64,000 nucleotides of DNA from Oscillospiraceae bacterium (GCA_019423755.1 JAHZAU010000009.1:3815-67814), one strand, 5' to 3'; positions 1-10,481 are shown, numbered from the stretch's first letter. Notes: generated from the letters alone by a model not told the origin. Numbers and translations are program-made.

Positions 1-2
1 GC

Positions 3-275
3 CGCTGCACCCTGGAGACCGACGGCGCCCTTTCTACCCGCCGGCAGCTGTTCTATACCTTGGCCGAACACCGCCTGCCCCTGCTCTCCCTCAGCGCCCA
101 GACCATGACCCTGGAGGAGATCTTCCTGCGCCTGACCTCCCAGGACGCCCCCGCGCCGGAGCCTTCCCCGGAAGAAACTCCCTCTCCCGCCGAACCGGCG
201 CCGTCCAACGGGGAAGCACCCGAAGAACCTTCCGAAAATCCCTCCGGCCCGGACGCCGGTACGCCGAATCTCTAA
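3..275 (+). CDS. ABC transporter ATP-binding protein, C-terminal part (truncated by window start)
   Basis: Open frame from base 3 ending ...TLEEIFLRLT, a typical ABC-2 ATPase tail, plus a Pro/Glu-rich extension; lies directly upstream of the ABC-2 permease. Confidence 0.75.
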   Translation, partial: RCTLETDGALSTRRQLFYTLAEHRLPLLSLSAQTMTLEEIFLRLTSQDAPAPEPSPEETPSPAEPAPSNGEAPEEPSENPSGPDAGTPNL

Positions 276-287
276 CCGAAAGGGGCT

Positions 288-1001
288 TTGACTACTATGT
301 TCGCTGTCTATCGCAAGGAGATGCGCTCCTACCTGACCTCCCCGGTGGGCTGGGTCTACCTAACTGTGTTCTACGCCATCTCCGGCTACTATTTCTTCGC
401 CACCTCCCTGGTGGGAAACTTAGCTACCCTCTCCTATGTGTTTTCCTCCCTGTTTACCATCTCCATCTTTATGGTACCGATGCTCACCATGCGTCTGCTC
501 AGTGAGGAGCGCCGCCACCGCACCGAACAAGCCCTCTTCACCGCCCCGGTCAGCTTCACTTCCATCACCTTGGGCAAATTCCTGGCCTGCCTGACCATGT
601 ACGCCCTGGGCGTGGCGGTGACCGGCGCCTTTCTGGGGGTCCTTGCCGCCTACGGCAACCCCGATCTGCCGGTGTTCCTCTGCAACCTGATCGGCATGAT
701 GCTGCTGGGGGCCGCCCTCTGCGCCATTGGTCTCTTCCTTTCCGCCCAAACCGAAAACCAGGTCATCGCCGTGGTCAGCGGCCTGGGCGCCGGGCTGTTT
801 TTGCTCCTCATCGACAGCTTCACCTCCATCTCGGACAACGCCACCCTCAACGCCGTCCTGGAAGGGGTCTCCTTCTATGCCCGCTACACCGGCTTTGCCT
901 CCGGACTGCTCAACCTGGCCGACGTGTTCTTCTTCCTGAGCGTCACCGGCCTGTTTCTGTTTTTGACGGTGCGCACCCTCAACCGCCGGCGCCTGGCCTA
1001 G
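288..1001 (+). CDS. ABC-2 type permease (GldF-like)
   Basis: About 6 TM segments; KEMRSYLTSP and TMRLLSEERR motifs. Confidence 0.85.
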   Translation: MTTMFAVYRKEMRSYLTSPVGWVYLTVFYAISGYYFFATSLVGNLATLSYVFSSLFTISIFMVPMLTMRLLSEERRHRTEQALFTAPVSFTSITLGKFLACLTMYALGVAVTGAFLGVLAAYGNPDLPVFLCNLIGMMLLGAALCAIGLFLSAQTENQVIAVVSGLGAGLFLLLIDSFTSISDNATLNAVLEGVSFYARYTGFASGLLNLADVFFFLSVTGLFLFLTVRTLNRRRLA

Positions 1002-1034
1002 CTTCACCATCATAGAAAGGACGGTACCCAAACC

Positions 1035-2480
1035 ATGTCTCTGCCTAAGCTTTCCCCGCTGCGCCCCAACCGGCAGCAGCGTTACCGCATGCTTTCCTCC
1101 GGCATCACCATCCTGGTGGTGGCCGCCCTGGTCCTGGGCAACCTGGCCCTGTCGGTCATCGACAGCCGCTCCTCCCTGGACCTGGACCTGACCGCCGACC
1201 AGGTGTTCCGCCTGACCCAGGACTCCCGGGACTATCTCGCCGGGCTGGACGAGCCGGTCACCCTGACGGTGCTCAACTCCAAGGAGGACTTCCTGGCCAG
1301 CGGCGATTACTATAAACAGGTGGCCTCCATCCTCGAGGACTACGAAGCCACCAGCGACAACATCACCCTGGAATACGCCGACGTACTGCGCAACCCCACC
1401 CTGGTCTCCCAGTACGACGACCTGAGCCTGACCATCAACAGCATCATCGTAGAAAGCGGCACCCAGCAGCGGGTGCTCTCCCCCTATGACCTGTTTAACA
1501 TCGAGTCCTCCTACTACGGCTCCTCCATCACCTCCTCCAAGGCGGAACAGGCCCTGACCTCCGCTATCCTGGGCGTCACCTCCGACGACCTGCCCCAGGC
1601 GGCCTTCCTTACCGGCCACGGGGAATACGACAGCACCGGCTTCTCCTCCCTGCTGGAGCAGAACAACTACCAGGTGACCACCCTCAACCCCGCTACCGAC
1701 GTCATCCCCGAAGTTCTGGACGTCCTGCTTATGGTCTGCCCCACCAATGACCCGGACCAGGATGTCCTGGACCGCATCGGCGACTTCCTCGCCCTGGAGG
1801 GCAAGAGCCTCCTGTATTTTGCCGACAGCTCCCAACCGGAGCTTCCCCGTCTTTCCGCCTTCCTGGCAGAATGGGGCATCCAGGTGGAAGAAGGCCTGCT
1901 CATGGAAACCGACAAACAGCGCATCATCAACTTTAACCCCTACTTCTTCACCACCACCCTCACCGACGGTACCCTGACCTCCTACATGAGCGACGGTTCC
2001 ATCCCCCTTTCTACCCCTTACTGCCGCCCCCTTTCCACCCTCTATGACCAGAGCCTGGGCCGCACCACCACCGTCCTGCTCCAATCCAGCGAGACCGCCG
2101 CTCTGCTTCCGCCCGACGTCCCCGACGACTGGACCCTCACCGACGAGGACATGGTGGGCGCGGTGCCCATCGCCATCCGCTCCACCCAGTCCTTTGACAG
2201 CGGCGAGACCTCCCAGGTGCTGGTCTACGGCTCCACCTCCGCCATCCTGGACAGCCTGCTGGAAAGCGGCTCCTTCTCCAACTCCGACTACTTCCTCTCG
2301 GTGATGAACACCCTCTGCCAGCGGGAGGACACCATCACCATCCAGCCCAAATCCCTCACCCGGGAAATGGGCCTCAACGCCTCCCAGCAGCTGCTTCTGG
2401 GCGCGGTGTTCATTGTGGTCATCCCGGTGACCTCCTTTGTCCTGGGCATCACCATCTGGCTGCGCCGCCGCCGGCTCTAG
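1035..2480 (+). CDS. GldG-family ABC transporter auxiliary protein
   Basis: N- and C-terminal TM; DLTADQVFRLT, FLTGHGE and terminal WLRRRR motifs. Confidence 0.85.
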   Translation: MSLPKLSPLRPNRQQRYRMLSSGITILVVAALVLGNLALSVIDSRSSLDLDLTADQVFRLTQDSRDYLAGLDEPVTLTVLNSKEDFLASGDYYKQVASILEDYEATSDNITLEYADVLRNPTLVSQYDDLSLTINSIIVESGTQQRVLSPYDLFNIESSYYGSSITSSKAEQALTSAILGVTSDDLPQAAFLTGHGEYDSTGFSSLLEQNNYQVTTLNPATDVIPEVLDVLLMVCPTNDPDQDVLDRIGDFLALEGKSLLYFADSSQPELPRLSAFLAEWGIQVEEGLLMETDKQRIINFNPYFFTTTLTDGTLTSYMSDGSIPLSTPYCRPLSTLYDQSLGRTTTVLLQSSETAALLPPDVPDDWTLTDEDMVGAVPIAIRSTQSFDSGETSQVLVYGSTSAILDSLLESGSFSNSDYFLSVMNTLCQREDTITIQPKSLTREMGLNASQQLLLGAVFIVVIPVTSFVLGITIWLRRRRL

Positions 2481-2504
2481 TTTTCCGGAAAGGATAATGC
2501 GATT

Positions 2505-3974
2505 ATGAAAAAACAAACCGTATTCCTCACCATCAGCGCCGCTGTGGTGGTGCTGCTGTCGGTGCTGCTGGCCGTGTTGCTGATGCAGCCCGCCTCCCCG
2601 GAGGATACCGACTCCGAGACCTCCGACTCCTCCCTCACCGTCCTGGACCTGGAACAGGCCGACCTGAGCGCTATCACCATCCAAAACAGCACCGGCACCT
2701 TCTCCCTGACCAACCACGGCGACGCCTTCTCTCTGGACGCCCTGGACGGCCTGGAAACCTCCTCCGCCAACACCCAGAAGGTGGTGGACGCCCTCTGCCC
2801 GCTGACCGCCTCCCAGCTGATCTGGGCCCCGGAGGAGGACGCCGTCCCCGGCCAATCCGCCGACCCATCCCTCCTGGCCCAGTACGGCCTGGATGCCCCC
2901 GCCGCCACCGTCACCTTCCAGACGGTGGACCAGCAGAGCTACACCCTGCTGGTGGGCGCAGACGCCCCCCTGCAGTCCGGTACCTACTTTATGCTGGATG
3001 ACTGCATCTACCTGGGCTCCGCCACCAGCTTCTCGGTGTTCCAAAATAGCCAAAACTCCTTTGTGGACAACCAGATCACCTCCGCCGTCCCCTCCGGCTA
3101 CACCCAGGCCACCTTGGAGCTGTCCGGCGCCTCCCGTGAGCAGCCGATGGTCATCGAGATCACCTCCCAGTTCCAGGATGCTTCTTTGGAAGAATCCCAG
3201 GAGGATACCACCGTCGGCTCCTCCGACTCTACCCTCACCTACACCTACACCATGACCCAGCCCCAGCAGCGCACCCTCTCGGAAGATGCGGTCACCTCCA
3301 TGCTGGATGGCAGCGCCTATCTCTACGCCGACGCCATCGTCGCGGTCAACCCCACCTCGGAGCAGCTGGCCTCCTATGGGCTTAGCGACCCCTGGTCGGT
3401 GTTCTCCGCCAACTTTAACGGCGACACCCTCACCCTGCGGGCCTCGGCCCCGGACGCCGCCGGCGCCGTCTACCTGATGCGGGACGGCACCCCCATCGTC
3501 TACCAGGTCACCGCCTCCCGCCTGCCCTGGTACGAGATCTCTGCCGAGATGCTCATCCAGGCGGTCTATACCCCGGTGGACTTTGCCGAGCTTTCCTCCC
3601 TGACGGTGACCGCTGACGACCAGACCTACCGCTTTACCGTGGTCCCCGACAGCGACACCCCCTCGGTGCTCTGCAACGGCCAGGAGGTGGACCCCGACCA
3701 GTTCACCCTGCTTTATGAGACCATCACCCAGGTGCCGCCGGATTCCTACTACCCGGCCGAGCCGACCCTGGACCCGGCCCTGACCATGACGGTGGAGTAC
3801 ACCGACTCCGGCCGCGCGGCGGACACCATCGTCCTGACCCCCACCGGGTCCGGCACCCTGTTCCTCACCGTCAACGGCCAGACCTCCTACACCACCGCCG
3901 AATCCCGCCTGGACACCATCCTGGAGGCCTGTCAGGCCCTGCTGGACGGCGAGACCATCCCCTCCTTCCAGTAA
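2505..3974 (+). CDS. DUF4340-like membrane-anchored extracellular protein
   Basis: N-terminal TM; repeated L(A/S)xYGL motifs (LAQYGLDAP, LASYGLSDP); usual partner of the GldAFG-like operon. Confidence 0.75.
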   Translation: MKKQTVFLTISAAVVVLLSVLLAVLLMQPASPEDTDSETSDSSLTVLDLEQADLSAITIQNSTGTFSLTNHGDAFSLDALDGLETSSANTQKVVDALCPLTASQLIWAPEEDAVPGQSADPSLLAQYGLDAPAATVTFQTVDQQSYTLLVGADAPLQSGTYFMLDDCIYLGSATSFSVFQNSQNSFVDNQITSAVPSGYTQATLELSGASREQPMVIEITSQFQDASLEESQEDTTVGSSDSTLTYTYTMTQPQQRTLSEDAVTSMLDGSAYLYADAIVAVNPTSEQLASYGLSDPWSVFSANFNGDTLTLRASAPDAAGAVYLMRDGTPIVYQVTASRLPWYEISAEMLIQAVYTPVDFAELSSLTVTADDQTYRFTVVPDSDTPSVLCNGQEVDPDQFTLLYETITQVPPDSYYPAEPTLDPALTMTVEYTDSGRAADTIVLTPTGSGTLFLTVNGQTSYTTAESRLDTILEACQALLDGETIPSFQ

Positions 3975-3993
3975 TTCTTTCCCCTGTTTTTCC

Positions 3994-4026
3994 CGCCCGG
4001 AGCCCCCTGCTCCGGGCGTTTTTTTG
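3994..4026 (+). terminator. Intrinsic terminator of the ABC operon
   Basis: CGCCCGGAGC-cccct-GCTCCGGGCG followed by a T-run. Confidence 0.75.
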
Positions 4027-4156
4027 CGGCATTTATTACAGAAAGGAATATTCCCGCCGGTTTGTCCTTGTTTTTCGCCCCCGCCCCCGGATTTCTTTTT
4101 CCTTCTCCCCCATTCTGTGCTATCATAGAAGATATTCTAAGAAAGGACCCATTACC

Positions 4157-6325
4157 ATGGATATCATCTCGGTTCTTGCCAAAGAACTTTCTATTTCGCC
4201 CCGCCAGGCCCAGGCCGCGGTGGAGCTCATCGATGCAGGGAACACCATCCCCTTTATCGCCCGTTACCGCAAGGAGGCCACCGGCGCCCTGGACGACACC
4301 GTCCTGCGCGCCCTGGACCAGCGCCTTGCCTACCTGCGCAGCCTGCAGAAGCGCAAGGAGGAGGTCCGCGCAGCCATCGAAGCCGCCGGCGCCCTGACCC
4401 CCGAATTGTCCCAAGCTCTGGAACAGGCCGCCATCCTGGCGGAGGTGGAGGACCTGTACCGCCCCTTCCGCCCCAAACGCCGCACCCGGGCTTCGGTGGC
4501 CCGGGAAGCCGGACTGGCCCCGCTGGCCCAGCTGCTTCAGGAGCAGTCCCCCTCCTGCGACCCGCTGCGGGAGGCCGAACGCTTCCTCTCCCCGGAGCAC
4601 GACATCCTCACCCCCCAGCAGGCCCTGCAGGGAGCGATGGATATCCTGGCCGAGGAGGTGGCCGACTCCGCCGACCTGCGGCGCATTCTGCGGGAATTTG
4701 TCTCCAAAAACGCCCTGGTTTGTGCTACAAAAGGGAGCAAGCCTAACAAAATATACGATATGTATTCCGATTTCCAGGAATCTTACGCCAAAATCGCCCC
4801 CCACCGCATCTTGGCCATCGACCGCGGCGAGCGGGAGGACGCCCTGAAAGTCACCCTTTCCATGGAGCCGGAACGCTGTATCGCCATCCTGCTGCGCCAC
4901 CGCCTTTCCTCCCGCCCCAGCCCCTGCCGGGACTATGTGGAGACCGCCTGCCGCGACAGCTTCTCCCGGCTGCTGTGGCCTTCCCTCGAGCGGGAGCTGC
5001 GCGCCGCCCTCACCGAAAAGGCCTGCCAGCTTTCCCTGCCGGTGTTCTCCGAAAACCTCAAAAACCTGCTGATGCAGCCCCCAGTAAAGGGCGCGGTCAC
5101 CTTGGGCTTCGACCCAGCCTACCGCACCGGCTGCAAGCTGGCGGTGGTGGACGCCACCGGCAAGGTCCTCGAAACCACCGTCATCTACCCCACCCCGCCC
5201 CAAAGCAAGACCCGGGAGGCCAAGGCCACCCTTTCCCGCCTGATCGACCGCTACGGTGTTTCGGTCATCGCCATCGGCAACGGCACCGCCAGCAAGGAGT
5301 CGGAGATCTTCGTCGCCCAGCTGCTGCAGGAGCGCGCCGCCGAAAACCGCCCCAAGGTGTCCTATATGGTGGTCAGCGAAGCCGGCGCCTCGGTCTACTC
5401 CGCTTCCCAGCTGGGGGCCGAGGAATTCCCCCAGTTTGATGTCTCCCTGCGCTCGGCGGTGTCCATCGCCCGCCGCCTGCAGGACCCGCTGGCCGAGCTG
5501 GTGAAGATCGACCCCAAGTCCATCGGCGTGGGCCAGTACCAGCACGATATGCCCCCCAAGGAGCTGGACCAGGCCCTGGGCGGGGTGGTGGAGGACTGCG
5601 TCAACGGCGTAGGCGTGGACCTGAACACCGCCTCCTGGCCGCTGCTCTCCCATGTAGCGGGGGTCAATACTACCGTCGCAAAAAACATCGTCGCCTACCG
5701 GGAGGAAAACGGTCCCTTCCCCAGCCGCCGGGAGCTGCTCAAGGTCCCCAAGCTGGGCAAAAAGGCCTTCACCCAGTGCGCAGGCTTCCTGCGGGTGCCG
5801 GAAAGCGCCCAGCCCCTGGACCACACCGCCGTCCACCCGGAAAGCTACCCCGCCGCCCAGATGCTCCTCACCCTTTGCGGCCTTTCCCCGGAGCAGATCG
5901 GCTCGGGCGCCGCTTCCGCCCTGCCCCAGCGGGTGCAGCAGCTGGGCGGGCTGTCTGCCGTGGCCCAGCGCCTGGAAATCGGTGAGCCTACCCTGGCGGA
6001 CATCCTGCAGGAGCTGCAGAAGCCCGGCCGCGACCCCCGCGACCAGCTGCCCCCGCCCCTCCTTCGTACCGACGTTATGGAGATGAAGGACCTGCGCCCG
6101 GGCATGGTACTCACCGGCACCGTCCGCAACGTGCTGGACTTCGGCATCTTCGTGGACATCGCCGTCCATGAGGACGGACTGGTACACATCTCCCAGCTTT
6201 CCGACCACTTTGTCCGCCACCCCTCCCAGGTGGCCAAGGTGGGGGACATCGTCCAGGTGAAGGTGCTGGATGTGGACCTGGAGCGCCGCCGCATCTCCCT
6301 GACCATGAAAGGGCTGAAATCCTAG
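4157..6325 (+). CDS. tex: Tex-family RNA-binding transcriptional accessory protein
   Basis: TIPFIARYRKEATG, DPAYRTGCK, IGVGQYQHD motifs and a C-terminal S1 domain. Confidence 0.96.
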   Translation: MDIISVLAKELSISPRQAQAAVELIDAGNTIPFIARYRKEATGALDDTVLRALDQRLAYLRSLQKRKEEVRAAIEAAGALTPELSQALEQAAILAEVEDLYRPFRPKRRTRASVAREAGLAPLAQLLQEQSPSCDPLREAERFLSPEHDILTPQQALQGAMDILAEEVADSADLRRILREFVSKNALVCATKGSKPNKIYDMYSDFQESYAKIAPHRILAIDRGEREDALKVTLSMEPERCIAILLRHRLSSRPSPCRDYVETACRDSFSRLLWPSLERELRAALTEKACQLSLPVFSENLKNLLMQPPVKGAVTLGFDPAYRTGCKLAVVDATGKVLETTVIYPTPPQSKTREAKATLSRLIDRYGVSVIAIGNGTASKESEIFVAQLLQERAAENRPKVSYMVVSEAGASVYSASQLGAEEFPQFDVSLRSAVSIARRLQDPLAELVKIDPKSIGVGQYQHDMPPKELDQALGGVVEDCVNGVGVDLNTASWPLLSHVAGVNTTVAKNIVAYREENGPFPSRRELLKVPKLGKKAFTQCAGFLRVPESAQPLDHTAVHPESYPAAQMLLTLCGLSPEQIGSGAASALPQRVQQLGGLSAVAQRLEIGEPTLADILQELQKPGRDPRDQLPPPLLRTDVMEMKDLRPGMVLTGTVRNVLDFGIFVDIAVHEDGLVHISQLSDHFVRHPSQVAKVGDIVQVKVLDVDLERRRISLTMKGLKS

Positions 6326-6376
6326 TCCTATTTGTAATAATCTTTCCCGTTATTCCATTTTACCGGAGGTTTCCCC

Positions 6377-6865
6377 ATGTCCCAACCGCCATCCTCCCCC
6401 TATCCCCAGCCGGTGCGGGCCTCCCGCCTGCCGGCCAAAGCCCTGACCCTCTGGCGGCTGCAGCTGCTTTTCTGCTGCTGCCTGCCGTCGCTGCTGGGGG
6501 GATTTTTCCGCTACACCCTGCCTCGGACAGTGTTCCTTTCCTACACCGCCGGGTGGTTCGGAGGCTTTTTGTTCCTCTGCTTCCTTTACTTCCCCCTGCG
6601 CTGGAAGCGGATGACCTACTCCATCTCCACCACCATGGTCAAGATCTCCCGCGGGGTGCTGTTCCTGCGGATGGACGCGGTGTTTATCCGCAACATCCAG
6701 TACACCGCCGTCACCCAGACCCCTTTGCAGCGGCTGCTGGGGCTTGCCAGCCTGCACATCTATGCCGCCGGCGGCTCGGTGCATCTCCCCTCGCTGGAAT
6801 ATTCCCTGGCCCGGCAGCTGCGGGTCCAGCTGCTCAAGCGGATGGAGGACCTTTGCCATGAATGA
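6377..6865 (+). CDS. YdbS-like bacterial PH-domain membrane protein
   Basis: 2 TM segments then QTPLQRLLGLASLHIYAAGG (bPH_2 signature). Confidence 0.8.
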   Translation: MSQPPSSPYPQPVRASRLPAKALTLWRLQLLFCCCLPSLLGGFFRYTLPRTVFLSYTAGWFGGFLFLCFLYFPLRWKRMTYSISTTMVKISRGVLFLRMDAVFIRNIQYTAVTQTPLQRLLGLASLHIYAAGGSVHLPSLEYSLARQLRVQLLKRMEDLCHE

Positions 6866-8396
6866 CGCCCTTTCCCCCTCCCCCATCCAGCTGCGCCCCC
6901 ACCCGCTGTCCATCCTCTCCTATCTGGCCAAATACCTGTTCCTGCTGCTGATCCCGCTGCTGCGCGGCTTTCTGTCGGCGCTGCAGGGCGGGTTCTACCA
7001 CTGGCTGTCCAGCGCCTGGATCGACCTGCTGCTGGTGCTGGGGTACCTGGGCTTCGGGGTGCTGTTTTGGCTGTGCTACACCCTTTCCCCCGCGCCGGAG
7101 GGGCTTTTCATCCGCCGCGGGGTGTTTGTCCGGGAAGAATTTCTCCTCCCACGCAGCCGCTTTTCCTGCGTCACCACGGTGGAGCCTTTCTATCTGCGGC
7201 CCTTCGGCGGGGTCTACCTGCGGGTGGATACCTCCGGCGGCGGCCTTCGCCAAGCGGATCTTTCGGTGTTCCTGCGCAAGCGGGACCTGCCCCTTCTGCT
7301 GCGGGCCTCGGCGCCGGAGCAGCCGCCCTACCTGGTCCGGGGCTACCGGCCAAAAAGCACCTACGTTTTCCTGCTGGCCGCTCTGACTTCCAACTCCTTT
7401 GCCGGGGTGCTGCTCCTTTCCACCCTGGTCTCCCAGATCGGCGAGGTACTGGGCCGCCGCTTCTCCGAGATGCTCTACGGCACCTTTGAGGAGGTGGCCC
7501 GGGCGCTGGCCTTCGGGCTTCCCCCTGCCGCCGCAGCCATCGCCTATCTGCTGCTGTTCGGCTACCTGCTGGCCTTTGTCTCCAACCTGCTGCGCCACGG
7601 CAACTTTTCGGTGGCCCGCCGGGGCGACCTGCTGGAAATCCGCTCCGGCCTGCTTACCGGCCGCACCTACCTGCTGCGCCGCCGCCAAATCGGCTGCGTG
7701 GATATCCGCCGCACCCTGTTCACCTCCATCCTGGGGCTGTCCTCGGTGTTTTTGCAAACGGTAGGCTACGGCAAATATGAGGACGATATCTCCGCCCTCA
7801 TCCCCTGCACCACCCGCCTGCACCTGGAATCCAGCCTGCGGCTGCTCCTTCCCGAATACCACAGCAGCCCCCGCACCGTCCGCCCCAACTGGCGTTCCTG
7901 GGGCCACTACCTGTACCAGGGCGGCCTGGCCTGCGGCGGGGTGCTGCTGGGCGGCGCCCTCTGCCTGTGGCTGTTCCCCACCTGGGAGGCGCTGACCCTT
8001 TGGGTGGGGCTGCTCTGCCTGATCCCCGCCCTGTGGTTCACCATCGTCCAGCTGGTGGATTTCTTCACCGCCGGGCTTTCCTTCTCCCAGGGGTGCTTCA
8101 CCCTGCGCTGCGCCCATCGCTTCTATCTGCATCAGGTGATCCTCCCCCGGGAACGGGTAGCCTCGGTGCGGGCGGTCGCCAGCGTGCTGCAGCACCGCCG
8201 CGGACGCTGTGACCTGATCGTCAGCATCTATTCCGAGGGCCACCGCCGCTACCGGGTGCGGGACCTGGACTGGACCGAGGTGGAACAGCTGCTCCAAAAA
8301 GCCGGCATGGAAGGCATGGCCACCCCAGCAAAGCCCAAAACCACCCGCTACCGCCCCAAGCTCCCTGCCCTGCTTCAAAAGCTCTACAAGCGCTAG
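6858..8396 (+). CDS. YdbT-like multi-PH-domain membrane protein
   Basis: ATG 6858 with GGAGG SD overlaps the upstream stop; HPLS start motif; three TM-pair/bPH repeats. Confidence 0.75.
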   Translation: MNDALSPSPIQLRPHPLSILSYLAKYLFLLLIPLLRGFLSALQGGFYHWLSSAWIDLLLVLGYLGFGVLFWLCYTLSPAPEGLFIRRGVFVREEFLLPRSRFSCVTTVEPFYLRPFGGVYLRVDTSGGGLRQADLSVFLRKRDLPLLLRASAPEQPPYLVRGYRPKSTYVFLLAALTSNSFAGVLLLSTLVSQIGEVLGRRFSEMLYGTFEEVARALAFGLPPAAAAIAYLLLFGYLLAFVSNLLRHGNFSVARRGDLLEIRSGLLTGRTYLLRRRQIGCVDIRRTLFTSILGLSSVFLQTVGYGKYEDDISALIPCTTRLHLESSLRLLLPEYHSSPRTVRPNWRSWGHYLYQGGLACGGVLLGGALCLWLFPTWEALTLWVGLLCLIPALWFTIVQLVDFFTAGLSFSQGCFTLRCAHRFYLHQVILPRERVASVRAVASVLQHRRGRCDLIVSIYSEGHRRYRVRDLDWTEVEQLLQKAGMEGMATPAKPKTTRYRPKLPALLQKLYKR

Positions 8397-8462
8397 CCTC
8401 CTTGCTTTTTCCCGCGCAGGGTGCTATACTGGGTAAAATTTTCGCGGAAAGGTCGTGTTTTG

Positions 8463-8984
8463 ATGGAACGCCTGCAGCTTGTCCTGCCGGACGAAACCTA
8501 CCGGCAGGCGGTACTGGACTACAAAGAAGAATTCCTCGCAGAGGGCAGCAGCATGGACGGCACCGCCGGTTTGGCCAATGCCCCCTCCTTTGAAGAATGG
8601 CTCGCCGCCATCCACCGCAACAGCCGGGAGGAGACCGTCGCTCCCGGGCTGGTACCCGCCACCACCTTTTTAGCGGTCCGGAAATCCGACGGCCTGCTGG
8701 TGGGTATGCTGGACCTGCGCCACCGCCTCAACGACTACCTGCTGGCCTTCGGCGGGCACATTGGGTACAGCGTCCGCCCCTCTCAGCGCCGCCAGGGCTA
8801 CGCGGTGGAGATGCTGGGCTTAGGGCTATGGGAAGCCCGCCGTCTGGGCCTTTCCCGGGTGCTTATCACCTGCGACAAGGAAAACACCGCCTCGGCCCAC
8901 ACCATCCTCCACTACAACGCCACCCTGGAAAACGAAGTCCCCGACGAGGGCCGCATCACCCAGCGTTATTGGGTCACCCTTTAA
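8463..8984 (+). CDS. GNAT-family acetyltransferase
   Basis: GGHIGYSVRPSQRRQGYA acetyl-CoA binding motif. Confidence 0.9.
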   Translation: MERLQLVLPDETYRQAVLDYKEEFLAEGSSMDGTAGLANAPSFEEWLAAIHRNSREETVAPGLVPATTFLAVRKSDGLLVGMLDLRHRLNDYLLAFGGHIGYSVRPSQRRQGYAVEMLGLGLWEARRLGLSRVLITCDKENTASAHTILHYNATLENEVPDEGRITQRYWVTL

Positions 8985-9180
8985 ATAGTTTCCCGTCCCC
9001 TCTCCCGCTTCCCGGCGGGCGGGGGGATTTCTTTTTGCTTCAAATCTCTCCTAGCCCTGGGAGATTTGCCTTGTTTCTTGCCAAAGGGTAAGCTATAATG
9101 AAGGCGACCCCCACAATCGTGGGGCAAATTTGCTTTTCTCCCCTCCCTGTGAGGGCTTTTCATAGAAACGAGGTCTTTTT

Positions 9181-10092
9181 ATGGACAAAAAAATCCCGGC
9201 CCACCTTTGGCTCTCCGGCCTTTTGTGCGCCGTTTCTCTGCTGCTCAGCGGCGCCTGCCTGTGGGGGCTTAACCGCATGGACCGCCGCCTTTCCCAGATG
9301 GACAGCCGCCTGGATGCGCTTTCCTCCTCCCTGGACAGCCGCCTGGAAAGCGTCGGCGAGGAGATGGCCCGTATGCTGGCCGAACAAGCCAGCCTGATCG
9401 TGGAGTCTTCCTTCCACTACAACATCCAGACCGCCTCCCAAAACCGCATCCTTCTCTCTCTCAACGCCAATCTCAAGCAGTATAACGACGGCACCGCCGC
9501 CACCTTTTCGGTGACCTGTGACGATGGAGAGACCATCCTGGCCCGCACCAACGTCAACCAAGGGGCGCTGTCCGCCAACATCACCCTCCCCCTCTGCGAG
9601 ACCATCCAGGTGGGCCTGATCCTCACCACCCCCGGCTCCACCCAGACCCAGCCCCTGGGGCAGATCGACCAGGTCTCCGCCCTGCTCACCGACCACCTGT
9701 ACCTGACCCCGGACCTGACGGTGACCCAGTCCCAGGACCAGCTGCTGCTCACCGGCAGCTTCACCGTGCTGGATACCCTCGCCCACATGGAAAACAAACA
9801 GCTGGCCATGTCCCGCCTGGAGATCCGCCAAAACGATACCCTGGCCCACACCTTCTACTTCTCGGAGCTGTTCGACTCTCCCCTGTTGGAGGAGGGCTTC
9901 AGCCTTTATTCCCTGACCTTTGATAAGATCCCGGTGAAGGCCCGGCCCGGCTCCACCATCACCCTGACCGTCCGCAGCCGCGACAAAGCCGGCTTTGAGT
10001 ACCTTTGCCCCACCCACACCATCCAGGTGGACGAAAACGGCGCCCTGCAGGAGACCCAACCCCAGCAGGACCAGTTTACCCTGGTGTATTAA
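9181..10092 (+). CDS. Hypothetical protein with N-terminal TM/signal and coiled coil
   Basis: GAGG SD, genome-typical codon usage, hydrophobic N-terminus, terminator directly downstream. Confidence 0.7.
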   Translation: MDKKIPAHLWLSGLLCAVSLLLSGACLWGLNRMDRRLSQMDSRLDALSSSLDSRLESVGEEMARMLAEQASLIVESSFHYNIQTASQNRILLSLNANLKQYNDGTAATFSVTCDDGETILARTNVNQGALSANITLPLCETIQVGLILTTPGSTQTQPLGQIDQVSALLTDHLYLTPDLTVTQSQDQLLLTGSFTVLDTLAHMENKQLAMSRLEIRQNDTLAHTFYFSELFDSPLLEEGFSLYSLTFDKIPVKARPGSTITLTVRSRDKAGFEYLCPTHTIQVDENGALQETQPQQDQFTLVY

Positions 10093-10097
10093 CGCAG

Positions 10098-10152
10098 AAA
10101 AAAAGAGACGCCAAACCCGGACCCTTTGCCCCGGCTTGACGTCTCTTTTTTG
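10098..10152 (+). terminator. Intrinsic (likely bidirectional) terminator
   Basis: AAAAAAGAGACG...CGTCTCTTTTTT inverted repeat. Confidence 0.65.
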
Positions 10153-10203
10153 GATTTTTGCAAAAGAAAAGCTCCCGCAGGATATTTCCCACAGGAGCTT
10201 ATT

Positions 10204-10278
10204 TGGTGACCCGTGCGAGAATCGAACTCGCGTTACCGCCGTGAAAGGGCGGTGTCTTAACCGCTTGACCAACGGGCC
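10204..10278 (-). tRNA. tRNA-Glu (TTC)
   Basis: Reverse complement GGCCCGTTGGTCAAGCGGTTAAGACACCGCCCTTTCACGGCGGTAACGCGAGTTCGATTCTCGCACGGGTCACCA; cloverleaf with encoded CCA. Confidence 0.97.
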
Positions 10279-10341
10279 GAACTGCGGCAAACCAAATGGT
10301 TTGCTTGTATATCAAAGCCTGTCCACACAGGCTAGATTACC

Positions 10342-10418
10342 TGGTAGCGGCAAATGGACTTGAACCATCGACACTTCGGGTATGAACCGAATGCTCTAGC
10401 CAACTGAGCTATGCCGCC
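10342..10418 (-). tRNA. tRNA-Met (CAT), elongator-type
   Basis: Reverse complement GGCGGCATAGCTCAGTTGGCTAGAGCATTCGGTTCATACCCGAAGTGTCGATGGTTCAAGTCCATTTGCCGCTACCA; paired G1, no initiator GGG/CCC anticodon stem. Confidence 0.95.
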
Positions 10419-10452
10419 ATATGCGACCGACTCAACCGAATCAGCGAGATTA

Positions 10453-10481
10453 ATTATACAATAGCTTTTTCGGTTTGTCAA
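10453..10481 (-). promoter_or_regulatory. Sigma-A promoter of the tRNA-Met/Glu unit
   Basis: Exact TTGACA-N17-TATAAT on the minus strand with an upstream A/T tract. Confidence 0.9.

Noticed and set aside
9160..10290. 376-aa minus-strand ORF
   Set aside because: It starts across tRNA-Glu and is antisense to 9181-10092
10092..10420. tRNA genes as an integration site for the plus-strand block at 1-10092
   Set aside because: No integrase, no duplicated tRNA 3' end seen in the window, and codon usage matches the core genes
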